Assembly (NCBI GenBank): GCA_002269645.1 | Contig: NIVC01002456.1 | Span: 664 to 64,663 of the forward strand | Length of the DNA: 64,000 nucleotides | Direction: 5' to 3' | DNA from: Macrostomum lignano | Taxonomy: Eukaryota | Notes under the pieces: model-generated | The model's input: the letters and a program-made list of their open reading frames with translations, nothing else | Told to the model about the DNA's origin: nothing | Database searches by the model: none | Program-made: the position numbers and the translations under genes | In this document: piece by piece, positions 27,201 through 39,373 of the stretch | Position numbering within the stretch: the first letter of the stretch is position 1 | Layout of the letters: each line of letters begins with the position of its first letter

Positions 27201-30200
27201 TCAGTGAGTCAGTGAGTCAGTCAGTGAGTCAGTGGGTCAGTGAGTCAGTGAGTCAGTCAGTCAGTGAGTCAGTGGGTCAGTGAGTCAGTGAGTCAGTCAG
27301 TGAGTGAGTCAGTGGGTCAGTGAGTCAGTGAGTCAGTCAGTGAGTCAGTCAGTCAGTGAGTCAGTGGGTCAGTGAGTCAGTGAGTGAGTCAGTCAGTCAG
27401 TCAGTCAGTCAGTCAGTCAGTCAGTCAGTCAGTCAGTTAGTCTGTCTGTCTGTGTGTCTGTCTGCCTGTCTGTCTCTCTGTCTGTCTGTCTTAATCTGTC
27501 CTAATGTCTAAGTAACACGACATGATATGTCCACCTGTCAATCGGGATTTAATAACAAAGCAAATTCACTCACTTGCTGTCCATCAGATCCTCAGCGCTT
27601 GCTGACCGCTTTGGCGGTCCAGTCAGGGTACCCGAAGCCTCTGTTGGCGAGGATGCGGCGCTGAGGGAAAAACCAATTAATTACGCAATAACATGATTAT
27701 CTATAAAAATGACAACGAGAATGTCACCCGCTCACACGGGGTGTACAGCGGCCATTGAACCCTCTCTGCGCCTTGGGGCTGGCCCTCATAGACCTGCCAA
27801 GACATTCCAACAGCAACTCACCAAGCCTTGCAGTCGTCTTCAATGCCAACGCCGTTACCATCGGCGACCATCGCTGCGCCGACGCCACCGCCGCCACCGT
27901 TGGCAGGCCAGCCGACTCGAATCGAATCCTCAGTCGGTGTCATCGCCTCTTCAACTGCGCGAGGCGCCGCTCCGCCGCCGACAGCCCCGGCGCTAGCAGA
28001 CGAAGTATCAACATCTTCAACAGGCGGCGAAGTCCGACCAAGCAGTTCCGCGTAGACGCCGGCGCCGCCGCCTCCGCCAACGAAGCCCTGATAGCGGCGG
28101 CAATCTTCGCGGAACTGCACTAGCAGAGCTCTGGTGAGGTGCTCGCCAAGATCCTGACTGGCTAAGAACTGATGACCCAGCAGCTCCTGAGCGGTTGGCC
28201 GACTTTTCGGACTCAAACGAAGCGCAGTCTTTAGGAACTCGTGAAAACTGGCGCTCCAGCTGGATTTCTCTTTCAGCTTAGGCGGCCGGTAGCGGCTGCT
28301 GGCCAGCAGCTGCAGCGCCTTCATCGGGTGCAGGCTGAACATCGGCGGCTCGAGTTCGGCCAGCTCGATAGCCGTAATGCCCGCCGCCCAGGTGTCGCAG
28401 CGTTCGTCATAGCCACCTTTCCGGCGCACGTCGGCAACCTGGGATTCGGTGAAAGTCAAATTGTCACTGAGAGTCAAATTGTCACTGACAGTCAAATTGT
28501 CACTGACAGTCAAATTGTCACTGATAGTCAAAATGTCACTGACAGTCAGTCAAAATGTCACTGACAGTCAGTCAAAATGTCACTGACAGTCAAAATTTCA
28601 CTGACAGTCGGTCAAATTGTCACTGACAGTCAAATTGTCACTGACAGTCAGTCAAAATGTCACTGACAGTCAAAATTTCACTGACAGTCAAATTGTCACT
28701 GACAGTCAAGATGTCACTGAGAGTCAAATTGTCACTGACAGTCAAAATGTCACTGAGAGTGAGTCAAAACGTCACTGACAGTCAAAATGTCACTGACAGT
28801 CAAATTGTCACTGGCAGTAAAATAGTCACTGAAAGCAAAAATTATATGCTTGAGAAACTCGGTGACTTTGTTAAAAATGAAACAGAGCCATGTAGATAAT
28901 ACAGGGGATTAAGAATCTATATGTCTATTTATACTACCAACTGATAAAATACAAGTAATTAAGATTAAATAAAAGCATTGTAAATAAAATATCGAATAAA
29001 AAAAACAATTTAAATTCAATATTAGCGTATTTTGACTGACTAAAGACTATTTTAAATTAATCAGATCAGGCACTAAAAGTTCATCTCTAAACCATCCAAT
29101 TAGCGATTTAAATTCTACTCAAATTGCAAGCAAATAATTGTAGCTTCCAATTAAACTGCCTGTATTGCTAATTAATGTTAAAACCAAACAACTCTTTCGT
29201 TTTAATCTCTTTCCTAAAAAAACCTTTCTTGTGAACAGGAGTCAGGATGTTAATTTTTTTATAGAATGATTTCTAATTTGGACGGTAATTTGCCTATCGT
29301 CTACTTGAGGTACGAAGAGTTGCATTTTTAGTAGAATGTTATTGAATAAAATATTTTATATCTTATAGAGCTCTATGAATTATTCTTTTCTCTCTTCGCA
29401 TCAGAGAACCACCTTCGATCCGCCCCCATCTTAAGAATCACCCCAGATCCGCCGCCACCCTTGAGAATCACCCCAGATCCGCTCCTATCCTTGAGAATCA
29501 CTCCATATCCGCCCCATCTTTGAGAATCACCCCAGATCCGCCCCCACCCTTGAGAATCACTCCATATACGCCCTATCTTTGAGAATCACCCCAGATCCAC
29601 TCCTACCCTTGAGAATCACTCCATATCCGCCCTATCTTTGAGAATGACTCCAGATCTGCCCCCATCCTTGAGAATCACTCCATATCCGCCCCATCTTTGA
29701 GAATCACCCCAGATCCGCCCCCGCCCTTGAGAATCACTCCATATACGCCCCATCTTTGAGAATGACTCCAGATCTGCCCCCATCCTTGAGAATCACTCCA
29801 TATCCGCCCCATCTTTGAGAATCACCCCAGATCCGCCCCCGCCCTTGAGAATCACTCCATATACGCCCCATCTTTGAGAATGACTCCAGATCTGCCCCCA
29901 CCCTTGAGAATTACTCCATATCCGCCCCATCTTTGAGAATCACCCCAGATCCGCCCCCACCCTTGAGAATCACTCCAGATCCGCCCCATCTTTGAGAATC
30001 ACTCAATATCCGCCCCATCTTTGAGAATCACCCCAGATCCGCCCCCACCCTTGAGAATCACTCCAGATCCGCCCCATCTTTGAGAATCACTCAATATCCG
30101 CCCCATCTTTGAGAATCACCCCAGATCCGCCCCCACCCTTGAGAATCACCCCAGATCCGCCCCCACCCTTGAGAATCACCCCAGATCCGCCTCCACCCTT

Positions 30201-33200
30201 GAGAATCACCCCAGATCTGCCCCCACCCTTGAGAATCACCCCAGATCCGCCTCCACCCTTGAGAATCACCCCAGATCCGCCCCCACCCTTGAGAATCACT
30301 CCAGATCCGCCCCATCTTTGAGAATCACTCAATATCCGCCCCATCTTTGAGAATCACCCCAGATCCGCCCCCACCCTTGAGAATCACTCCAGATCCGCCC
30401 CATCTTTGAGAATCACTCAATATCCGCCCCATCTTTGAGAATCACCCCAGATCCGCCCCCACCCTTGAGAATCACCCCAGATCCGCCCCCACCCTTGAGA
30501 ATCACCCCAGATCCGCCTCCACCCTTGAGAATCACCCCAGATCTGCCCCCACCCTTGAGAATCACCCCAGATCCGCCTCCACCCTTGAGAATCACCCCAG
30601 ATCCGCCCCCACCCTTGAGAATCACCCCAGATCCGCCTCCACCCTTGAGAATCACCCCAGATCTGCCCCCACCCTTGAGAATCACCCTAGATCCGCTCCT
30701 ACCCTTGAGAATCACTCCATATCCGCCCCATCTTTGAGAATCACCCCAGATCCGCCCTTACCATTGAGAATGATCCCATATCCGCCCCATCTTTGAGAAT
30801 GACCCCAGATCCGCTCCCACCCCGAAGCACAAACAGAAAAGCAGCTCAAGTCCTCACCTCGGGCGCCATCCAGTAAGGTGTGCCAATAAACGACATTCTC
30901 TTGCCAATGGTTTCACTAATTTGAGCCGATATACCGAAGTCGGCCAATTTAACGCAGCCAGACTTGGTTAGTAGAATATTGGCACCCTTCACGTCTCGAT
31001 GAATCTGCTGTTTAGTGTGCATATGAGCCAGGCCGCGCAATGTCTCGCGCATAACAAAGGCGATTGTAGCCTCTTCGAATGGTCGGCGAGTTGTAGCATA
31101 GATGTCTTGCAGTGATTTGCCGCCGCAGTATTCCATGGCTATCCATAGACTCGCGTGGCTGCAGGCACGACTGTCGCTGTTCGGCGATAAGAGTAGGTGA
31201 TAATGTAGTAATGGCCCTTAAAAGGGCCGTTTTTCATTTCAATAGTGAGAAGATAAGATGATGAAGCAATGGCCCTTAAAAGAGCTGTTTTATCAATTCC
31301 TAATACTAAGATCAAATGATGAAGCAATGGCCCTTAAAAGGGCCGTTTTTTTCATTTTAATTGTGGGAAGTGAGATGATGAATCAACGGCCTTTTAAAGG
31401 GCTGTTTTATCAATTCCGAAAACTAAGAAGATCAGATGATAAAGCAATAGCCCTTAAAAGAGCCGTTTTATCAGTTCCTAATACTAAGAATATCAGATGA
31501 TGAAGCAATAGCCCTTAATAAGGCCGTTTTATACTTAAAGACTACCCGTTCAAAAGTGAGTCGGTCACATTCTTTGGTGACAGTCGAAATTGCGACACTG
31601 CCCGTCATGCTTGTGACCGTCAAGTTTGAAAGTGATGTGACCGTCAACAATGGGACCTTCAAACATCACCAAGCTAGGGTCACATTGATGATCACGAGAG
31701 ACTGTTTATTTGACAGTCTTACTAGTGAGTTTATTTGACTGTCAAAATGAAGGGTCACAATGAAGGGTCACAATGAAGGGTCCCAATGAAGGGTCACAAT
31801 GAAGGGTCACAATGAAGGGTCACATGTGATACATTCGTTTAAATGTCACAAAACGCAATTGAGGATTGGGGGACGCTTCTAGAATGACTCTGGGGCCGTA
31901 GAGTTGTACGAGTATCTGAGGCAAAAAGTCATGTGCGTAGTTCAAATGCACAAATTTAGGCATGCACTTGACCCATTGTTAGCATTGGTACGTACAATTA
32001 TATAGATTTTATACAAGTTATACTCACGTTAGAAAGGCGCCAAAGAACTCCACAATATTAGGATGGTGGCAGTCCTTCAGCACATAGAGCTCAGTAAGGA
32101 TGGTTTTCAAATCGTCTGCTGGATCAATTCTGACAGACTTCATCGCTGCATAGGTTCCAGATGCCTTCTGTTTTGCCTAAAATGTGATTTAAAACATGAT
32201 ATCCATTGTGACATAATAAATTAAAGCCTTTCATTTTCCTAGAACAATATTGAATATTTTTCAATGCATTTATTTCTAAAAAATTTAACATTTCTACTTT
32301 TAGTAGAGTACTAGTAGGAGTGTATTATTTTTCTTAATTTCAATATTCTGTCATTCTTACTGTATGTATAGTAGCTAGAAAATCCTAGGCATAATAATTT
32401 ATTTATTGATCTCACAGTTATAAACTATTATTAATATACTAACTATTTTGTAGCAGTTTAACCTGTGGTAGCTAATACTATAAGGGTAACATTTAGTCTA
32501 TGATTCCATTTAGAAATATTAAATAATACTTCAGACTTCTCTCCTCTTTTCTTCATTGTAAAAAATTGCAATCTTACTTATCATAAAATAACTTTAAGTC
32601 ATAACAACCCTACTATCTAATAATACCCATACTTTCAAAGATGCTCTCTTGCGAAAAACTCTTGTATACAACAAGGACCAGGTAGTCATATGCTTTGTGC
32701 ATAACATGTATCAAGGAGCCTACCAAGATTTTTATATATACAATATGCACCCCTATCAGTGCAACTATATCACATTGAAAGGGCCTGTCAACTTAAGCTT
32801 ATAAAGTGGAGCCCGAGTAACCAATGTATGCAAATGATGTCATTCTGCTCATAGTTATACTAGGAAGCTAGGTTTGGTAAGTGACAAAAATTGGACTTGG
32901 GATAGGAGAGAACAAGCAAGGGGATAATTAGGGACTCTACTTTATAAGCTAGAGTTGACATAAATCATCCAAAAATTTAATGATTATAAATGCATGCCAA
33001 AAAAATTGAGTGCATGCCTATTCCCAGAAACTACACCAGTGTTGATTTTTCTGCTTTTTTGGCAATACTATTTATAGCAGAAAATCAATACATTTGATTT
33101 TTTGTTGAAATACTATAATACAAGCTTTAAAAACTTAGAAAGCTTGAAATTTATGCTAAAAAATGAATTCTTTCTGTGTGAGTCTATAAAGTACATGCCA

Positions 33201-34411
33201 GGTGTATTTTCTTAGGAACGATACATGCCAGGTGTGCATGCCTACTTTTGGCATACAGGACCAATGCATACCCAAATTTTTTGGCATATATTATATTATC
33301 TAGAATATAATAATAATACTAGTCAGCAGAATATAGTCAAGTAACTAAATTATTAATGAAATATAGTAAGGACAAGGCAAACCAAACTTGTCAATACTAG
33401 AGTTGATAAATAAGATATTGACAAATTTGGTGGGACCCTCTTATAAAGCTATAATAATATAAGATAAGGTCTATACTTTTTAGATTAATTTATATAGGCT
33501 TAGCCCACTATCAAGTCAAGAAGATGTCTAGTATATGCCAGATTTTTTAAGCAAATTTTTAGATATAAGCCAAGTATGCCAAAAATTTAAAATGTCACTT
33601 TGTCATATATCTTAAAACCTCAAAATTATGCAACCTTACTTTTGCACCACAATAAACTATGAAAAAATTCTTTTTTTATTGCAACAATCAATGATTTTTT
33701 TGCATTGTAACATTTGAAATTTCTATATTTATAATTATATACAATATATGAAATAAATATTGTCTTTTTTCTTCATGACAACATGTAATTACACTAAGTT
33801 TAGATACTAAAATTCTTTAAAATAGCACTATTTAGTATTATCATATGCAATTATTTTTTGCTTTTTTGCTTGCACTCCTATCACCACATTTAAAGAAGAG
33901 TCTTAGTTCTTTATTTTACTGCTTCTTTTTTTCAAAATATTCTACCTATTATTATAAAAACAAAATATACTTTGAACCAATTTTTTAAATAGCTTTGTAT
34001 ACTACTTTTTGTATACCAAATACAACTTTTTAGGATTCAAGCATGCCAAAGAAATGTGAAAGGCTAATGCATGCTAAAAATTCTAGTATATAAAACACCT
34101 TTCTGATTATGGTCTGAGGCTTAGCTAATGTTATGATATTAATATTCTATACTATTTTTATACTCAATAAAACTATATGAATAAATCAAAACAAATAAAG
34201 AAATAACAAAAACAATAATTTTTACAGGCCTTATACACTATAGGCTCTTAATTACCTTATAAACATGTCCATATGTGCCACTCCCAATTTCTTTGATACT
34301 ATCATAGACATCCCAAGGATCTGTTCCTTTGATGACTGATAGCAACTGTGGATGTCTTTGAAAAATCAGTTCACGTGGATAGACTTTGTGATTATGGTTG
34401 CTAACTGGCAT
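21213..34411 (-). CDS. MAP4K3: MAP4K3/MAP4K5-type (GCK-I, happyhour-like) Ser/Thr kinase with C-terminal CNH domain, 917 aa
   Basis: Ten phase-consistent exons: 34411-34256, 32176-32028, 31158-30858, 28438-27822, 27660-27574, 25746-25657, 25018-24958, 24869-24372, 23114-22722, 21614-21213 (2754 nt). Kinase motifs [81 protein letters not shown] start [11 protein letters not shown]...GANEGIY...QLYRHDL. Small linker exons are less certain. Confidence 0.93.
21655..22681. repeat. Two adjacent minisatellites in last MAP4K intron (~21-42 bp gatacc-type at 21655-22100; ~27-bp ttagttacctagatctgcaatacccca at 22235-22681)
   Basis: Direct periodicity. Confidence 0.9.
23163..24345. repeat. Inverted pair of related minisatellites: 21-bp array at 23163-23361 versus 20-bp and 23-bp arrays at 23772-24345
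   Basis: Reverse complement of left unit CTGAGTGACCACCCTGAGTCT aligns with right unit CTGAGTGACTCACTGAGCCT. Confidence 0.88.
25125..25503. repeat. 21-bp minisatellite (actgtccgagatgatactcag)
   Basis: Direct periodicity, MAP4K intron. Confidence 0.93.
25805..26260. repeat. 34-bp CT-rich minisatellite (atcatctcatctagcctcacttcttatctcccct) with decayed tail
   Basis: Direct periodicity, MAP4K intron. Confidence 0.9.
26843..27490. repeat. (GTGAGTCA/GTCA)n compound microsatellite grading into (GTCT)n
   Basis: Direct observation; about 43 TGAGTCA heptamers by manual count. Confidence 0.95.
28452..28832. repeat. 18/22-bp minisatellite (gtcactgacagtcaaaat) abutting the acceptor at 28439
   Basis: Direct periodicity. 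Confidence 0.93.
29412..30822. repeat. 30-bp minisatellite (ttgagaatcaccccagatccgcccccaccc), ~47 copies
   Basis: Direct periodicity with variant units. Confidence 0.96.
31210..31530. repeat. Six diverged ~58-bp units with palindromic core ggcccttaaaagggcc
   Basis: Alternating A/B unit types; intronic, ~50 bp from the acceptor at 31159. Confidence 0.8.
31745..31823. repeat. 13-bp repeat (aatgaagggtcac) x6
   Basis: Direct periodicity. Confidence 0.9.
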
Positions 34412-35099
34412 TTTGATTGGTCATATTATTTTTGATTCAGTTGTATAGAAACTATCCAAATGAGAAAACTACAACTACAATTGAATTGGTTTTTGTAATC
34501 AGAACCAAATTCTGACAAAATATAAAGGCACAATTATATATGCCTCAACTTCAATGAGCCCTTAGCTAGTTAAACATTTTTTAGGCTTTGGAATTTAGAC
34601 GAAGGCAAATGGACAGCGAGAACTATTAAATTTGGTTAGGCAAGGCCAAATAGAATATCTGGTGTTTGCTTAAGTGCTTAATGATAATAAGCCTATTTCC
34701 CAAATTAAACGTTTTAATTCAATTGAAAACGATTATTAAAAAGTAACAATATAAAACTTTTAAAAAAGCGTCTAGTGGTGTATAATGGTGCAATTCAACT
34801 ATCAAAAATAGTTCATAATTCCTGCAGTCCACAGCTTTGGTATCAGTCAGCAATTGCTGTAGTTTAGTTTGTCAAATATAGAATAGCTTTATAAGAAAAC
34901 TATAGTATTTAAAATTGCTACAGAATAGTGACTATTAAAACTAATTTATTTATTAGTTATGTAGGGAATCGTATTTTTTGTCATTTAATTTCCATCATTA
35001 AATACATTAAACTAAATACATACTTATGATTACTCTATACCAGGGTAGTAATTACTACGCATCATTTGACCTACTTAAACGGTTATCGTGCGATTCACA

Positions 35100-35260
35100 C
35101 CCATGATTCATGGGCCATGAAAGCCAATCCTCGAGGAACAGAAAGTGGCCACTGTCCACCCCGTGTGAGCGTATGTTTGTGAGTGCCTGCTGCTTAAAGT
35201 ACATTTTGGCGCACGCGTTGTGTGCTCAATTGGGTTCGATCAGCAAACGGAATGGGACGT
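35100..35260 (+). repeat. Dispersed repeat family copy (other copies: 27722-27795 minus; 43692-43777 + 45820-45885 plus; 56675-56832 minus)
   Basis: Shared core ggcc(g/a)ctg..cacccc gtgtgagcg ... tattggcg ... gtgtgctca ... cggaatggg in four places. Class unknown (SINE- or MITE-like). Confidence 0.7.
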
Positions 35261-36261
35261 AATTATTAAGGCATATTTCCGCAGGTTGTAGAGGTGCTGC
35301 TGAAAGAGTTGCACCAGGCTAGCTAGGGTGCCCAAAAACCTCCTGCAGTAACTAAAGAACTTCGTCTGTTGGAGTAATTAGAAGAGCTAGAATAAGCTTT
35401 AGTTCTGGAACAATAAGTTTAATAAAGATACATACATGTACATGTTTGTACAAACATAATGTGAATTGCATCACATCGCATATGCTGTAGATATTGTAGC
35501 TACTGTATTGTAGCCGCCTGCATGTACCGTGCTAAGATTAAAGTATAATAACAAGAAAACAATTCAACCACGGTATATAGTTCTATACATATTTTCAGCA
35601 ACCCGTCTGTGGTGAACTGAATTGCGAAATTGAAATGCTAGGTGTACGTACATGTACATGTACGCATGTGTGTACATAGTTAGTAGTTAGTAGTCTATCA
35701 AGAAATTCAACAAGATATACATTTATATTTATGCATGTGGCGAACGCGCGCAACGTGCATATCAATACCTGTTTTTAAAAATTAGAATAATTATTTAAAT
35801 AATAAATACTGGTAAATATATACTTTTTGAATTTTATTGAATATTAATTTGAATTAAAGACTCAGCTAACAAGATCAGATTATGCATTTTAGGATGACAA
35901 ATGAGTCATGGCCGATACAAAATCACTAATTAATATTCGTTATAACATAATTATAATAAATCATTAATTTGATTTTAAAACCGGCATCCAAAAATATACA
36001 CACTACACTTATCAGTGAAACACCCCCATTAGAAGCAATTGAAGGAATTAAGCGCGATCTGCAGCTTAGAAAACCTCTTCTTCATTTGGCATAAATTATT
36101 TTTCAACAACCATTTCGCTTGGGAACTGGTTGCTTCTCTACAGCTGCTGGTAGTGCATGTTGTGTGAAGAATCGTGAGGATCGTCGATTCGAAATCGACG
36201 TGTGCTCATGGCAAATCGGATCTGGCTGGGTTTTTTCTGGTACATGTATAATGCGTGTAAA

Positions 36262-37185
36262 CCTCCCTTCTCTCTCCTTTGCCTCCCTTTTCTTTCTCCC
36301 TTCTCTCTCCCTTGTCTCCCCTTCTCTTTCCTTTCTCTCTCCCTGTCTCCCCTTTCTCTCTCCATTGCCTTCCCTTCTCTCTCCCTTGCCTTCCCTTTCT
36401 CTCTCCCTTCTCTCTCCCTTGCCTCCCCTTTCTCTCTCTCCCTTCTCTCTCCCTGTCTCCCCCTTCTCTCTCCCTTCTCTCTCCCTGTCTCCCCTTTCTC
36501 TCTCTCCCTTCTCTCTCCCTGTCTCCCCTTTCTCTTTCCCTGTCTCCCCTTTCTCTCTCTCCCTTCTCTCTCCCTGTCTCCCCTTTCTCTTTCCCTTCTC
36601 TCTCCCTGTCTCCCCTTTCTCTCTCCCTTCTCTCTCTCCCTGTCTCTCCCTTCTCTTTCCCTTCTCTCTCCCTGTCTCCCCTTTCTCTCTCCCTTCTCTC
36701 TCACTTGCCTCCCCTTTCTCTCTCCCTTCTCTCTCCCTGTCTCCCCTTTCTCTCTCTCCCTTCTCTCTCCCTGTCTCCCCTTTCTCTTTCCCTTCTCTCT
36801 CCCTGTCTCTCCCTTCTCTTTCCCTTCTCTCTCCCTGTCTCCCCTTTCTCTCTCCCTTCTCTCTCACTTGCCTCCCCTTTCTCTCTCCTTTCTTTCTCCT
36901 TTCTCTCTCCCTTCTCTCTCCCTGTCTCCCCTTTCTCTCTCCCTTCTCTCTCCCTGTCTCCCCTTTCTCTCTCCCTTCTCTCTCCCTGTCTCCCCTTTCC
37001 CTCTCCCTTCTCTCTCCCTTCTCTCTCACTTGCCTCCCCTTTCTCTCTCCCTTGTCTCCCCTTTCTCTCTCCCTTGTCTCCCCTTTCTCTCTCCCTTGTC
37101 TCCCCTTTCTCTCTCTCTTGCTTCCCTTTCTCTCTCTCCCTTGCCTCCCCTTTCTCTCTTCTTTCTCTCTTCTCTCTCCCTTCCG
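36262..37185. repeat. ~920-bp polypyrimidine/polypurine (CT-rich) compound repeat
   Basis: Almost exclusively C/T on the + strand. Confidence 0.95.
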
Positions 37186-38054
37186 TTTCCATCTCATCAT
37201 CACTTATTCCATCTTCCCATTAGTCTCCACTAATTTACCCGATCCCTGCAATCATTTTTTACTGAACACCCTCGTATAGCCACATCTGTTCCAGAACGAG
37301 AGCTAGAAAAGTATCCACGCAACAGAAAACTTGTACTATTGCCGGTTTTCTCATTACCTAAAAACTTAACTAGAGGACATCCAAGGTGCGCTAAGCAGAG
37401 GAGCACTTAAGAGTGAGAAGAGAGAGTCAGTCCCTCGCTCAATCGCGCCACAAGGCCAAATGCAACCTCAGTCAGGCAACCCAACCAATCTTATTGTCGA
37501 CAAAAATTCACTATATATACATGCAGTGGGGATTTTGGGATTATTATTTCTCTACCTGGCGTTTCCAATTACACCACAGGCAGCCATGCTAGAGAGAGAG
37601 TGTGTGTGTGTGTGTGTTAGCCATCATCGTCTCTAATACTAGATGTTTCTCATTTCTCATTTCCCAGCTGGCCAGCTACTCGTTAGTTACAACCCCACAC
37701 GATTGGCGATGCTCCATCTCTTTGCCCTGGGACCGCTCGTGTGGCCTGCACCCTGCTAAACTCTCAGCGCTGCTGGGCCTTAACAGTAATTAACTTGGCA
37801 ATAATGAAAACTGGAGTGACGAATGAGGGACACAAGCGGCCGACTGCACCCAGGAGGCAGCCACCTGGCTCTACACAAGCTTCTGTACACCTGACTGACC
37901 TAAAATGAAAAACCAAAAATGCTAAAACACCGAAGCACGTGGGCTTAGTTCAGCTTAGTCCTAAATGGACAGTGAGAAATGATGTAAAGTGAAATTTTTT
38001 ATGACAATAAGTTACTCCACACATTTTTTCCAGACTGCACACAGCTCACGAAAC

Positions 38055-38067
38055 AGGGACAGACAGG

Positions 38068-38106
<39 letters not shown>

Positions 38107-38216
38107 GCAGACAGGCAGACAGACAGGCAGACAGACAGACAGACAGACAGGCAGACAGACAGACAGACAGACAAACAAACAGACAGACAGGCAGACAGAC
38201 AGACAGACAGACAGGC

Positions 38217-38265
<49 letters not shown>

Positions 38266-38340
38266 GGCAGGAAGACAGACAAACAAACAGACAGGCAGGC
38301 AGACAGACAGACAGACAGACAGACAAACAAACAGGCAGGC

Positions 38341-38377
<37 letters not shown>

Positions 38378-38552
38378 GGCAGGCAGACAGGCAGACAGGC
38401 AGACAGGCAGACAGGCAGACAGGCAGACAGGCAGACAGACAGACAGGCAGACAGACAGACAGGCAGACAGACAGACAGACAGACAGGCAGACAGACAGAC
38501 AGACAGACAGACAGACAGGCAGGCAGACAGACAAACAAACAGACAGGCAGGC

Positions 38553-38648
<96 letters not shown>
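38055..38648. repeat. (GACA/GGCA)n microsatellite
   Basis: Direct observation. Confidence 0.97.
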
Positions 38649-38649
<1 letters not shown>

Positions 38650-39373
38650 TCATTTAGGGTTAGTTAGAGTGCGCACTCATGTATTGATGGAGTCACGAAC
38701 GCCATCGTCAATAAGCTTCGAAATATTCCGCTTTTTTAAAAGACAAAACAGATTCTTTTGAGGCTGAAGCATGGGTTTTTTAATTCTAACGACCAACCGA
38801 CCGCCAGCAAAATCAGGCAGGCAAAATGTTGTTTTTTAATAATTACTTGGAGATGGATTCTGCGGTTGATGTTAGTGTGGCACGATTCTACATGGTACTT
38901 GTAGAATTTTACTAACAGTAATAAACTACTTGCATCTAAGTGTAGGACTGATTATGGCGCGACTATAACCACTAATAAGACAGATTAAAGAGACTCTGAA
39001 AAATCACGGAAAAATCACGGAGAGTCCAATCGTTTTAATTTTCAATAATAACTTGAATATGATATTTGTTTATTTAATGCCAAAAAGTTGTTAAAATTTT
39101 TGAATTGTTTAATTAGCGAATAAAAACAGAAAAACGAGTTGGAAATTTTTGAAAATTAAAGCCGTAACTTTTTTGTTACAATCGGTAGCTCGAGACAATA
39201 TTCTTCGTTTAGTTTTGTTTAAATACGCTCGATTTGATTCTGTGCCGGACTTCAAAAAAACGTGACGATTGTGACGTTAATAGTCTCTTCTTATTTTTAT
39301 CTATCTTCGTTGGCGCCAGAAATCACGTGACACCAGACACAGCGAGGTCACGTGACAGAGCCGCGCTCGCTCT

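Noticed and set aside
28439-28531. N-terminal extension [14 protein letters not shown].. of the kinase ORF
   Set aside because: It is the intronic 18-bp array read in frame; the true junction is MAPE|VADV via the acceptor at 28439.
31210-31530. CRISPR array (palindromic repeat + variable spacers)
   Set aside because: The 'spacers' are homologous to each other (two classes); the context is a spliceosomal intron.
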